Shown here: in pieces, positions 52,103-63,676 of the stretch
How the letters are laid out: each line of letters starts with the position of its first letter
Position numbering within the stretch: the stretch's first letter is position 1
Origin: Eledone cirrhosa
Taxonomy: Eukaryota
Direction of reading: 5' to 3'
Assembly (NCBI GenBank): GCA_964016885.1
Contig: OZ024740.1
Span: 298,778,001 to 298,842,000, forward strand
Length of the DNA stretch: 64,000 nucleotides
Made by a program: the position numbers and the translations under genes
Notes under the pieces: generated by a model
Databases searched by the model: none
Seen by the model: the letters and a program-made list of their open reading frames with translations, nothing else
Told to the model about the DNA's origin: nothing

Positions 52103-54893
52103 TAGAATTAGAAATAAAAGATGAAATGGAAAGATAAAGAGTGAGAAGAGAAAGGAATGGATGAAAAAATGAGAGAAAAACATACATGTGCATATTCAGT
52201 CAGCATATATATATATATATATGAGGATGTTATATATGCATACTCACTGATGTACATTTCCCTGCCTCCTTCCTTCATCATCATCATCTTAATACACATG
52301 TGGTTTCGTGCTGATGTGTCTACTACACAGCTTATTGACAATCATATTGTCCTCTGGCTATCTCTTCTGTGAAGCACAGTATCTTGAAATCTTGAATTTC
52401 TCCACTATTGCCTTATATATCTTTCTTTTCCATGTGAAAGATGTGAAATACATGTAAACCATTTTAACATGGATTTATTGTCAATTCATGTCACATGTCC
52501 AGACAAATGTAGTTGTCTCTCTTGTGGAAGTTGTCATTAATAATCATCCACTCCCTGAACTTACTTGTGCTCGAAAGGTTAACATTATACATCCAACTGT
52601 TTATATTCACCTACATAGATCTTCTATATTCAGTATCCATGTCTTACTACCATGGAGCATTGCACATATTCCCCTCCCTAAATTTCTCCCACTGTTCCTT
52701 AATCTAGTTTATATATTTTCACTACAACCACCTCTCAGCAACCATATCTAGCACTAATTAGATCATCTGAGTTAACAAACTATCAATCATGCCCAGTGAG
52801 TCATATGAATACTTTGTAGACTTTGTTTCATAATCACTTCTAATGGACAGATTTTTTAGGCGAAACCAATTGGCAAGAGACCCAGGAGTAGACCCCGATC
52901 AAGATGACTGGATAACATCCATGAGCTCAGCTGGTCTTGCTTGGGGATTCAGCTGAATCAGTTGGAAATGGTTGCTTTTGACAGAACTCACTGGAAGGAG
53001 TGTGTGAGGACTCTGCCCCCACAATCTTCTCAGGAATAAGTGGGCAAAGAAGAAGACTTCTTCTGATAACTATTTTTGTGTATCTGTCATCATATTTGAA
53101 GCCTTGCTTTTCTGTGACTCTGCCACATATCTCCCCACCACCACCAACATCATTATCAGCATCATCAGTATTTTTACAACTGTTTTCCATACTTACATGA
53201 TATTCAAAGATAAGTATAGATGAAGATAGTGAGGAGACAGAGATAGTTATAGTTTTCTACACCATATACCATTTTTCGTCTATTTTAATCTTTAATCTTC
53301 ATATGTACATAATATGATTTACACGTGTGTACAAAAACTTCTTGTGCATTTAAAAAAATTTAAATCTACCCAGAGGTGGTTAAGGAAACAATCTGGTATA
53401 AATGTAAGAAAATAATAAATAATTTAAATAAAGTATCTTAGTTCAGTGGAAGGTTATTTTATTCTCTACCTATTGTTTTTGGCTTTTATGCACTTAATAC
53501 AAAAATAGTTAAGCCTTAATAGAATTTTTTGATTATGATCATTCCAAATTTCACTTTTATTATTTCACTTCTATTAATTAACCTTGATTGAATGATCCAG
53601 AAATGTATTCAGTGATATGGTTAACAACCACCTATGTTGTAGAGTGAAGATGCATGAGTTTGATTCCTGGAATAGGCAGTGCATTGTGCCCTTCAGCAAG
53701 ATACTTTATTTTATACTACTCCAGTTCACTCAGCTGGAAAAAATGAATTGCAATGTCCCTGGTACCAAGCTGTATCAGCTTTTGCCTTTCCATTGGACAA
53801 CATGAGTGGCATGCAGAGAGAAGACGGGTGTGCATTGTTAACTGCTGGTCTTCCACAAAAATACCGTGTCTGGGCTTGTGCCTTGGAGAGGAACTTTCTA
53901 GGTGTAGAGTCTATGGTCTTTCATGATCAAACGAGGCCTATGATGTAGAAGTTGGGCTAGTATACATGGTGGCTTTGGTTTAATGCAGACAAAGGTTTTG
54001 GTACAATACAAACTTGATAATAATAATGAGCATGTATGATTATTCTGTGTATAAATGAGAAATTTCATCTGTTTGGCTCAATAACATCCCCTTGACTTTC
54101 ATTGAAGATGGAACTAAGGTGATAAACTAATGAAATTAACAAATGTTTCTCTGATGCAATGAAATATATAGATTGGATCCCATTATTTATAGCTAAAAGC
54201 ATTTATTCAGTAATGCCTACTATCTTGATAGCTAACTGATCTCTCTTCACTTTAATTAGACTAGAGCTACAGAAAATAAAATACCTTTGGGATTTATTTG
54301 ACACATTAGTTCGCCTTTGCCAATTACATTTATAAATTTGATAGAATCTTCCACTGCTTTCTCAAGGTTTCTGGTTTTAAGGTGAGACATTCATGTCCAT
54401 TTATCTGTAATTTCTCGAAGATTGGCTTCTAAAAGATTAAATGCAATAGATGGAAACTATAATAAAAATAATACTACATTGACACATACAGAAGAAATGA
54501 GGACAATTCAGTGTCTTAACCCCCCCCCCCCCCAAAAAAAAAAAGAAAAATTCAGTTGCCAATTGTGAAGACATTCATATATAAAATCCCAATCATAATT
54601 TTACGAAATCCATTGTATAGGTATGGAAAATGTTATCTTTCAGATTTGCTCAATGTAAAACTCAATGTAAATCTCAATGTAAAACTATTGATAAATGGTG
54701 ATGATGGTGATATATATATATGTATATACAATATGTTGAAAAGGTAACACTAGAGAGAGATACAGTGCGCTATAAATAAAACAGGGAAAAAAACCACCAG
54801 TGTATGGAATCTATAACCTATGAAAGGCAGAGTATAGACACGATAATTAAAAATATAAATTAAAGCGTAAATAAATACCTCTATAACTATATA

Positions 54894-54975
54894 ACACACG
54901 TACAAATCCAAAGTGATCTGTTTCGCCAGTAAGTTGTTGACAGAAATGAAATAACCCAGGTTCATCAGCATGTTT
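54894..54975 (-). ncRNA. Type I hammerhead ribozyme, inverted copy of 55070-55151
   Basis: Same core, stem II and stem III on the minus strand. Stem I is ACAUG/CGUGU. Confidence 0.62.
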
Positions 54976-55069
54976 AAGGCCATAGATTTCTGGCAACACT
55001 AAGAGAATTTTTAAAGCGACCGTCCATCTACATGTGGGAGAGAGAAGTCACAGCAAAATGTATGGCCTT

Positions 55070-55151
55070 ACACACGCTGATGAACCTGGGTTATTTCATT
55101 TCTGTCAACAACTTACTGGCGAAACAGATCACTTTGGATTTGTACGTGTGT
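55070..55151 (+). ncRNA. Type I hammerhead ribozyme, sense to PNPT1
   Basis: ACACACG-CUGAUGA-[ACCUGGGUU...AACUUACUGGC]-GAAAC-AGAUC-ACUUUG-GAUUU-GU-A-CGUGUGU: 7-bp stem I, 7-bp stem III, predicted cleavage after A55144. Stem II is imperfect. Confidence 0.72.
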
Positions 55152-55405
55152 TATATAGTTATAGAGGTATTTATTTATGCTTTAATTTATATTTTTAATT
55201 ATCGTGTCTATAGTCTGCCTTTCATAGGTTATAGATTCCATACTCTGGTGGTTTTTTCCCTGTTTTATTGATAGCGCACTGTATCTCTCTCTAGTGTGTT
55301 ACCTTTTCAACATATTGTATTTTAAAGAACTCAGGATTTCTTCTCCTTTGAGCACATTATTTACAGGGAACAGCGAGAGTCTATGGCTCCGTTAATGTAT
55401 CCTGA

Positions 55406-55443
<38 letters not shown>

Positions 55444-55618
55444 GTAGGGATATAGAGGTGATCCATATCTGCATTTAGGTGATATAGTTTATTACAGATT
55501 TCTGATTTTGGTGTCCCTTTTCTTTATTTCATTAATGTTCCAATTTATGATATTGAAACTGTAGGTGAAAACTGGGATTGCAATTGCATTTATGGCAAAT
55601 ATTTTATTCTTAGAACTG

Positions 55619-55760
55619 ATTATTATTATTATTACTTTGATATCTCAGTCATTGATGTTATTTAACTGGAAAATTTGCCCTAATGAACATCAAGCCTTTA
55701 CCTACAGCTTCAGATATTCAGGATGTATCAGAGCACCTTGCTGTTCCCAGTAGGCATGCC
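55619..55760 (-). mobile_element. Diverged 5'-truncated 3' fragment of a Dong-like LINE, in tandem with the full copy
   Basis: Aligns by eye (roughly 80%) with 55770-55907, covering the ACLLGTAR codons and 3' UTR. Has its own (TAA)n tail. Confidence 0.85.
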
Positions 55761-55761
55761 A

Positions 55762-58700
55762 TTATTATTATTATTATTATTCTTTGAGTCTCAGTCATTG
55801 ATGTTAGTTAACTGGAAAGTTTGTTGAAATGAATATCAAGCCACAACCTGCAGCCTCAGATATTCAGGACTTATCAGAGGGTTCTTGCTGTTCCCAGCAA
55901 GCATGCCTTTTGAAGCGTTCCAAAAAGCGTGAAGGGGCCAATTTTCTTTAACCATCCCTGGAAACTTTTTGAGATAGTCCCTAGTGCGCCTATGACAATC
56001 GGGATCACTTTGACTTCATGGCAGTTCCAAATCCTTTTTACCTCCCACTTTAAGTCCTGGTATCGGTTAATTTTCTCCCTCTCCTTCTCTTGCACTCTCG
56101 TGTCGAATGGGCAGGCCACATCCACAATCAGGCACGGTCTTTTTTCTTTGTCCACAACCACCAGGTCAGGTCTATTGTGTTCCAGTTTCTTGTCTGTCTG
56201 TATCCTAAAATCCCACAGCACCTTCACCTGATCGTATTCTATCACCGAATCTGGCTTATGCTCATATCACTTCTCAGAATGTGGTAAATTGTTTAGTTTG
56301 CATAGGTGCCAGTGGATCACCCTGCCCATCACATCATGTCTCCAGCCCTTATAGTGAGTCTGGGCTAGGTGTTTACACTCGGATACAATGTGAGCCACAG
56401 TCTCCTCTCTCTCTCCACAGATCCTGCACAGTGGGCTAGCCTCCTCCTTGTAAATATGGTGTTTCAACCACTTCATTTTGAGGGCCTGCTCCTGCGCAGC
56501 CATTAACATTCCTTCTGTAGCCTTTTTAAGGTCTCCTCTTTTCAACCAGTTCCATGTCTGTGGATCTCTAAATTCAGTTTTCTCAAAGAAGGTACTATGA
56601 AGGGATTTTTCCTGAAGGCTGCTCTTTCTCCTTGATGTTATTTCCTCCTTGGACATCCCCTGGCCTATTGTCCCCTCCTTCAGTACAGTTCTGAGCATTG
56701 GCTCCTTACTATCAGTCACGTATTTGTGTAGGTTGTTTTTCTCCATCTGAACACAGTCCTCTATGCTGATAAGACCTCTTCCACCTTCATATCTCCTTAA
56801 GTAGAGTCTATCGACATCACTCCTCTTGTGGAACATGTTGTAGATAGTCAATAGCTTCCTAGTTTTCTTATCCATTTCTTTTTGTTCAGCAACATTCCAT
56901 CTCAGAATTCCTGCACTGTACCTAATAATAGACACAGCTCGGGAATTTACTGCACTTATGGCATTCCTACTGTTCAGATGTGACTTTAATACGCTCCTTA
57001 CTCTCCGAATGTATTCAGTTCTTATCAATTCCTTCAATTTTTTGTTCTTGATGTCATCAGCCTCCAGAACACCCAAATACTTGTATCCTTCTTCAGAGTC
57101 AATTTCCTTTATCATCTCACCTGTTGGTACCTGGATTCCGTTACTTCTGCTCAACTTACCCCTCTTCATCACAATGACTCCACACTTACTAATACCAAAT
57201 TGCATACATATATCATTGCTGAAAATACGGACAGTGTCAACAAGCACATCCAACTCCTTCTCACTCTTCCCGAAGAGCTTAAGATCGTCCATGAAGAGGA
57301 GGTGATTGATGGTAAACCCTCCCTTTCCCAACCTGTATCCTGCTCTCACTTTTCGCAGTACACTGGTCAGGGGCATCAGGGGAAGGACAAACAACAGAGG
57401 GGACAGACTATCTCCCTGGAAGATACCTCTCGTGATCTTCACGCTTCCCAAGGATTCTCCAGCTGATGTTAACTCTGTTTCCCAGGACTTCATACTTTTG
57501 CTCAACAACTGTCTGATGTTATCTGCCACCTTGAAGATCTCCAGGCTTTTGGTGATCCAAGAATGAGGCACCATGTCAAATGCCTTTTTGTAGTCTATCC
57601 ATCCTATGGCAAGACCAGTGTGTCTCCTCTTGCAATTCCTCATTACCATCTTATCAATAAGTAACTGGTCCTTTGTACCACGTGACTTCTTTTGGCATCC
57701 TTTCTGTTCGTCCAGTAACAAGTTGTTTGTGTGGAGGTGATGGTAGATTTCCTCAGACATAATGCTTGTCAACAGTTTCCACATTACGGACAGACGTGAT
57801 AGGTCTATAGTTGGTAATATCATTACCCTTGATTCGGTCTTTCATTATCAGAACTGTGGTACCTTTTGTCAACCACTCTGGTACCTCACCTGACATCAAG
57901 CAGTCATTGAACATGGTTGTCAGTTTCGGGTGGAGGGATGTTATATTTTTAATCCAATACCCCTGCACACCATCTGGGCCTGGTGATTTCCAGTTGGTTA
58001 GTTTTTTGGCCTGCCCCTTAAGAGTTTCAACTGTGATACTCAAATCAGTTTGTTGGTGTGCCTGTTCACTAATCTCCTTCTGTACTGTCTCAATCCACAC
58101 TGCCTGGTCATTATGTTTAACATCCTGCTCCCATATTCCTCTCCAGAATGTTTTAGTTTGTTCCGCCTCAGGGATCAAGTCGTTGCCTCTTTCTTTCCCT
58201 TCAAGCTGTCCAAACAGCATCTTCTGGTTGTTGCCGAACATGCGGTTCTGTCTAAACTGACTGACTCTGTTCTCGTATCGCCTGATTTTTGGACTCTGCT
58301 ACAATGCGTTGCTTCAGTTCCTCTATGATAATATTTAGCTTTTTCCTCCTAGTTTTGTACTTTATTTCCAGTCTATTTTTAGTGTCTATGTTTTTTAGTG
58401 TCCCATTCAGTAGGGACTCAAGCTTTCCAATGTCATTTCTCATTTCCCTGATTTGACCACTCAGTCGTTTCTTCCACCAAGGCTCTGATCTTTCTTGTCT
58501 GTTGTTTCCTCTCGCTTTTATACCAAGTAGTTTCCTCACCGTATTTGCTGTTGCTTTGAGGATATTGTTGCACTGGTGAAGGCTCCTCGCCTCAAGGTAT
58601 GGGATGACTTTGTTTACCTTAGCTGTTGTTTCTTTTAACTTTTTCCTGTCTACAAATCTTAGGTTCATAGGTCTCCCACTATCATTGTTCAATTCATCTA

Positions 58701-60621
58701 CCACTAAGTTTAGGATATCAACCAAATCTTGTCCTAGCCCGTCAGCATTCATCTCCTCAGTGGCCGTATCTCTGTTCCAGGTATTATTTATCTCAGCATT
58801 CAGATCATTGTCTGCTTCGGGTGGTTCCTCCGTTCTCTCGACCTCTTCACCTTCATTTCCCACTGGCTCGTTTGCCTGGCATACTCCACTCTCCATCTCC
58901 AAGCTAATCTCTCTGCTCAGTTCCTCCAGTTCCAGCTCGCTTATCCACCCATTAGTTCTTATTACCCGAGCCTGCCCGGCCAATTTTTGTTCATCTAATT
59001 TAAATAGACCAATCTCGTTCCAGATGTTATGCATCCGTTTCCTATAGCCTTTCTCCTTGGGGTTACTCTTCAGGTAACATTGTATAACAGTTCTATTTAA
59101 TTCTTTCGTCCAGTTGGTTCTGGTCCCTTTCCTTCTTTTTCTTCCTCCTCCGACACCAGCAGTATTTGGTTGACAGCCAGGTCCCTGCTGCTGAGCCAGG
59201 GAGCACCTGTTGGGTGAGAGTCTGTCACATGACATTCTAGTCTCCATTTCACCGTTATTCGAACTGTTTAGGTTCGACATTTAAACACTCTTACCGAGGA
59301 TTGGCAATTGTATGGTTACATAACCACCGGTGACCTCATCACCTCCGGTGATTTCGTCACTCCCGGTGATTTTTGTGTGGCATTATCACGCTGTAGACGA
59401 ACATAAATAAACAAACAAACAAACAGGCAAAAAAAAAAACCAAAAATGAATAAGTATACGTTTCATTGTAATGTAGTGTTTGAATGTCTGACTTAGTTTT
59501 TCCCTTCCCTTCTCTGTCCGTCTGTTTGTTTTTCTCTTCATTTTTCTTTTCTTTACGTCTTTTGTTGTTGCTGTGCTGGTTTGATTTTGACTTTTGGTTT
59601 CTTGATTTTGACCAGGTCATCAATTCAGTCTATTTATATATTTTGATGCCTTCCTCTTTTAGTGGGGACACTACGATGTAGCAGGGGGTAGCGGGATAGT
59701 GATAATGAAGCAGTGGTGGTGGTGCTGTGCTAGCAGCAACTAGCAGGAGGTAGTGGGAGAGAATAGTGGCGGTAGCGATAATGAGGCAGTGATGGTGTTG
59801 AAGTTGGAGTAGAAATAGCGGTTGAGTCGACTTGACCAGAGTTTTCATCATGGTGGTGGTGTTGGTGGTGAAATTATCTTTAGTTATTTAGTCATTTTGC
59901 CATTTTTCTGCTTTTCGACTCTAACATTCCTGGTCCAAAATTAAATATTAATCTTGTTTATTAATATTGTCTAGTGATACCGCCACCTTCCCCTTTCGTA
60001 AGTTAACAGAAGGTAATGGGGGGGATAGCGGTGGTAGCAATGAAGGAGTGGTGGCGGCGGTGATGGGATAGTGGTAGTAATGATGGATGGGTGGCGGCGG
60101 CGGTGACTTTAGTGATGGCGTTGTCGTTACTGAGTTTTGTTGAATAGACTGTATTTTTGTTTGATCGGTGAATCTATGGGGTTAGTCGCATATATGTGTT
60201 GACATATTTTCTTAATATTGGAATTAAACATTTTGTTAAGACTTGAGACAATAATAATAGTAATTATTATTATTATGCTGAGATTGGTGATGGTGAAATT
60301 TCCGTTATCTGGCTGTTGTATTTAGCGTACACAGAGGGGTGATGGGGTAGGTGGTGTATCTAGTTTCTGGTGTTGGTGAAATTGCTGTTATTTGGCTGTT
60401 CTATATAGTGTAGACAGAGGGGGTTTTCTTCCATTTATAACCATTTTCTTTTTTGAATATAAAATGTATAATACAAAATTGAATATTTGAGCGATATAAC
60501 AATATATTATGGATCCAAATTTTTCTGAGACTCAAGTCGAATGCCTTATGTATCATTTGTACTAAGAATTGCTATTTCACAATTGATTCAAATATGTTAA
60601 AAATCAAAACTTACGGGAGTG

Positions 60622-60661
<40 letters not shown>
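55762..60661 (-). mobile_element. R4/Dong-clade non-LTR retrotransposon (RT + CCHC + RLE), near full length, frameshifted
   Basis: Consecutive ORF pieces 59280-58252, 58241-57753, 57823-56267 and 56245-55874 give an N-terminal W...CY...GYRKRM domain, RT motifs (IDYKKAFD, GIFQGDSLSP, LFMDD), CRIC...H...C, RHD and RPDLVVVD...IVDVACP...EK..RY endonuclease motifs. The 3' end abuts (TAA)n at 55762-55781. The 5' boundary is uncertain: there are TAA runs near 60250-60276 and 60624-60661. Confidence 0.92.
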
Positions 60662-60662
<1 letters not shown>

Positions 60663-62449
60663 GCACTAATTTATCATTGAAGAATGGATCATTCACTGGT
60701 ATGTTCCCCCTTCTTAGGAATTATATATTTTAATTCCTCTCCAGGCTATTGCTGATCTACAATTGGACCTCATAGTTTTGCTGTTTTGTTTTTGTTTTTT
60801 TAATTATATTTTATGATGCCAAATTGAAAATTATATTACAAGTGAGAAGTATAAACAAGAAATAAAGATAACAGCAGTATTAAACCTCAGCAAATAAGAA
60901 ACATGAATAGAGCCCACCATCACTGCCATGACATACAGAAAACCAAATAAAATATAAGGAAAACAAATGAATATTTAAATGAAGTTGCTTTCTTTTCTGT
61001 TCACTTACTTCTTTATTTATTCCTTCCAATATGGCAAACATACTGAGTTGTAATGAATCATTTGAAATTGTAGTGTAAATACCGTGACCTAACCATTTGG
61101 TAACTAAACCAACTCACTGAAAGCAAATGATTAAATAGTAGAAGGAGACTTACTCTTCCTTCCACTTTTTCTTTCCATCCCCCACTATCTTTTTTGAAGC
61201 ATTGATAAACTTTGATCTTTGATGAACTAACGAGAGATAAACGAAAGGAAAAAGTCATTATAATTAACAGTCTTTAATCACGTAATTCTATTCTATTTTT
61301 AACATTTTTAAAGGAATAATTCTTCTCTCTTGCACACATCTTTTTTTTCTTGAAATTTTGCTCTTTCTATTCGTTTTTATACAAATTTTCGTTTCCACTC
61401 GAATGAACTCTCTCTACAGTTGGGAAATGATGAAGCTCTCACTTTCTATAAAACTTCTCAATTGGGGTGCAGTTAGTTGCTGTTTCAACTGTTTGTCATG
61501 ATACCTGACTTGATTCTTTTTCAAAATATCCATATCACTATCTTCCTTTAGTCATACATATTATGTATCATAATATCTTCTTTTATCATCATACACAAGT
61601 ATCTTATTGTCTATCATTCTCTCATACTTCTGTCTGTATTTAATCTCTATTGCACTATCTACATTACCATCTATTATTCAGTCATAGATTTAATCTTACT
61701 ACTGTAAAATTCTGAAATAATGTCGTCCAGTTTAGTGTTAAACCTAAGCTTATGGCACTTTTTGAAACTATTGTGCAGTGAAGAAAATTGTTGGTAATGT
61801 GATAGTTTGTTAAAAGAAATGAAACAATTGATAAGATGTATTGCTCTAAAGCTCAGTTGGGATAAGATACAATTCTGTCTTATTTTGAACAGAACAGAAT
61901 CCAAGTTTCTCTATGCAACAAGTTGTATAAGCACATCTACTTAAATACAATGATCTCTACAAAACAGAAGTCTGCAAAATAAAGAAAAATTGGGAAAGTC
62001 TTACAGAAATCCATTGAAGAAAGTACATCTACTGATCAAATTTTATTGTAGGAGAATTTAAAATAACTTATGGAAATTATTATGTGAAAATGTTCTTTTA
62101 ACCATAAAATGTTTCTTTTGCTTATTTCCTTACTGTGCTGTCATCATCATCATCATCATACGTTCGCTTTTCCCTGCTTGCAAGGGTGGGACGAACATTC
62201 ATATGAACATTTGGAAGAATCAGTCAAGAATACAAATTTTCAAAAGTTGGCTGCACAAGCATACCCTGTCATTAGAACCCTTGATAATACAATGAACTAA
62301 TGATTGACTGGTTGGATTTCTATTTCATCTCAAATGTTTAGTGAGACTTTTCTTCTTGAATGCATGTGCTTTTTCTCAATTTGTTTTTACATTCCTTCCT
62401 CTTCTCACTCTCTTCTATCTTTCTATTTCATCTTTTATTCCTCATTCTA

Positions 62450-62484
62450 TCTTCTGATGAAGGACTAGTGTCCAAAACATAAAG
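62450..62484 (+). ncRNA. Decayed minimal hammerhead motif
   Basis: UCUU-CUGAUGA-AGGAC(UAGU)GUCC-AAAAC-AU-A-AAG. GAAAC and GU read AAAAC and AU, consistent with CpG decay. Confidence 0.5.
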
Positions 62485-63396
62485 CCTCTTCTCCTACAAT
62501 ATCAAGTGTTAAACTAATATATTTCTTCATCCTTCTCTGTATTGTTTGTTTTGCTGTTTTCATTTACATACATAATTATGTAATCAAATATATATATAGC
62601 ATAATAAAGCACTGCACATATTATGAAGAGTACTCTCAATACAATAAAAACAACACTGCATGTAGCCAATGTTGTGCTTGGTAAGGTAGTAGTAACACAC
62701 AATAATAACAAAAGACAACAGTTTTTGGAAAAGTAAATATCCTGTGGAAAAGAGGAAAATACTCTATATCTGAAAATACATAACTTGATAGGCAGTTAAT
62801 TAAATGATCCAGTGTTAATTAGGTTATCACTGAGTTAATGAAGGATGATAATAATAATTATTTCTACTATAGGTACATGGTCAACAATTTTGGGGGAGGG
62901 GAAAGGCCATCAAATCGACCCCAGTGTATTACTGGTACTTTATTTTACCAAGTCTGTAAGGATGAGAGGCAAAGCTAACATTTGCGGGATTTGAGCTCAG
63001 AACGTAAAGTGCTATAACTCTATGCTGTGAAGCACTGTGTTTGATGCTCTACCGATATTGCCAAACTACCACTGTAACTCTTGGAAAAATAATGATATTT
63101 ACAGAAGCAGGAATAATATTTAAAGGATTCTACAAATTTATAATTTGAGTTATAGCGTGAATGAAAAGGTTGATGATTGATGTGCAATTAAATCGACCGT
63201 AGTGCATTACTGGTAACGACCCTGCAAGGATAAAAGGCAAAGCTAACCTCAGCGGGATTCTATTTTTTCTTCTTCTTCTTCTTCTTCTTCTTCTTCTTCT
63301 TCTTCTTCTTCTTCTAATAAATGTTATATAAATACCCTGACATTTTGTAAGTATCCATATTTGTAAATGATGCCACTCTCTTCTTTCTTTATTCAG

Positions 63397-63460
63397 GCTG
63401 ATATCAAAGTTACTGGTATTCCTTTACAAATTATTGCTGAAACCATTCAAAAAGCAGCCA
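63397..63460 (+). CDS. PNPT1: PNPase exon (ADIKVTGIPLQIIAETIQKAA)
   Basis: Polypyrimidine tract plus ttcag acceptor and gtaagt donor. 64 nt. Continues TALQ|ADIK as in metazoan PNPases. Not in the supplied ORF track. Confidence 0.93.
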
Positions 63461-63487
63461 GTAAGTATATGTATATTTATTCATATT

Positions 63488-63676
63488 TGAGGGTCAGCTG
63501 AAAATTTCATAGGTTAACTATGAAGGAGTGCCATGAAATATTGAATGCATTAATTTCAACTCTTCTTATTAATAAATTTATTGTTTCTTTCCATGGACTA
63601 TGCTGAAAAATAAACCTCATTTGGTTATTCCATGAGAGTATCTTGGTTAGCCTCTGAAATTTTCAGCTGACCCTCG
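63488..63676. mobile_element. Mariner-type MITE with ~30-bp TIRs
   Basis: GAGGGTCAGCTGAAAATTTCATAGGTTAAC ... GTTAGCCTCTGAAATTTTCAGCTGACCCTCG. CGAGGG termini are typical of mariner derivatives. Confidence 0.75.

Larger units (their letters stand above)
54726..55320. repeat. Long inverted repeat (arms 54726-54989 and 55056-55320, 66-bp spacer); probable inverted Penelope pLTR remnant
   Basis: The arms are near-perfect reverse complements, and the ORF track gives almost identical peptides on opposite strands. The unit lies between TA tracts at ~54710 and ~55410. Confidence 0.93.

Noticed and set aside
61050-62050. Complex purine-skewed minus-strand region, possibly an old LINE ORF
   Set aside because: No recognisable motif in any frame.
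47-62711. Numerous short ORFs rich in YI, CV, HT, M, I or L runs
   Set aside because: They are translations of TA, CA, GAT, ATT and CTT microsatellites, or antisense frames of TEs, with no protein motifs.
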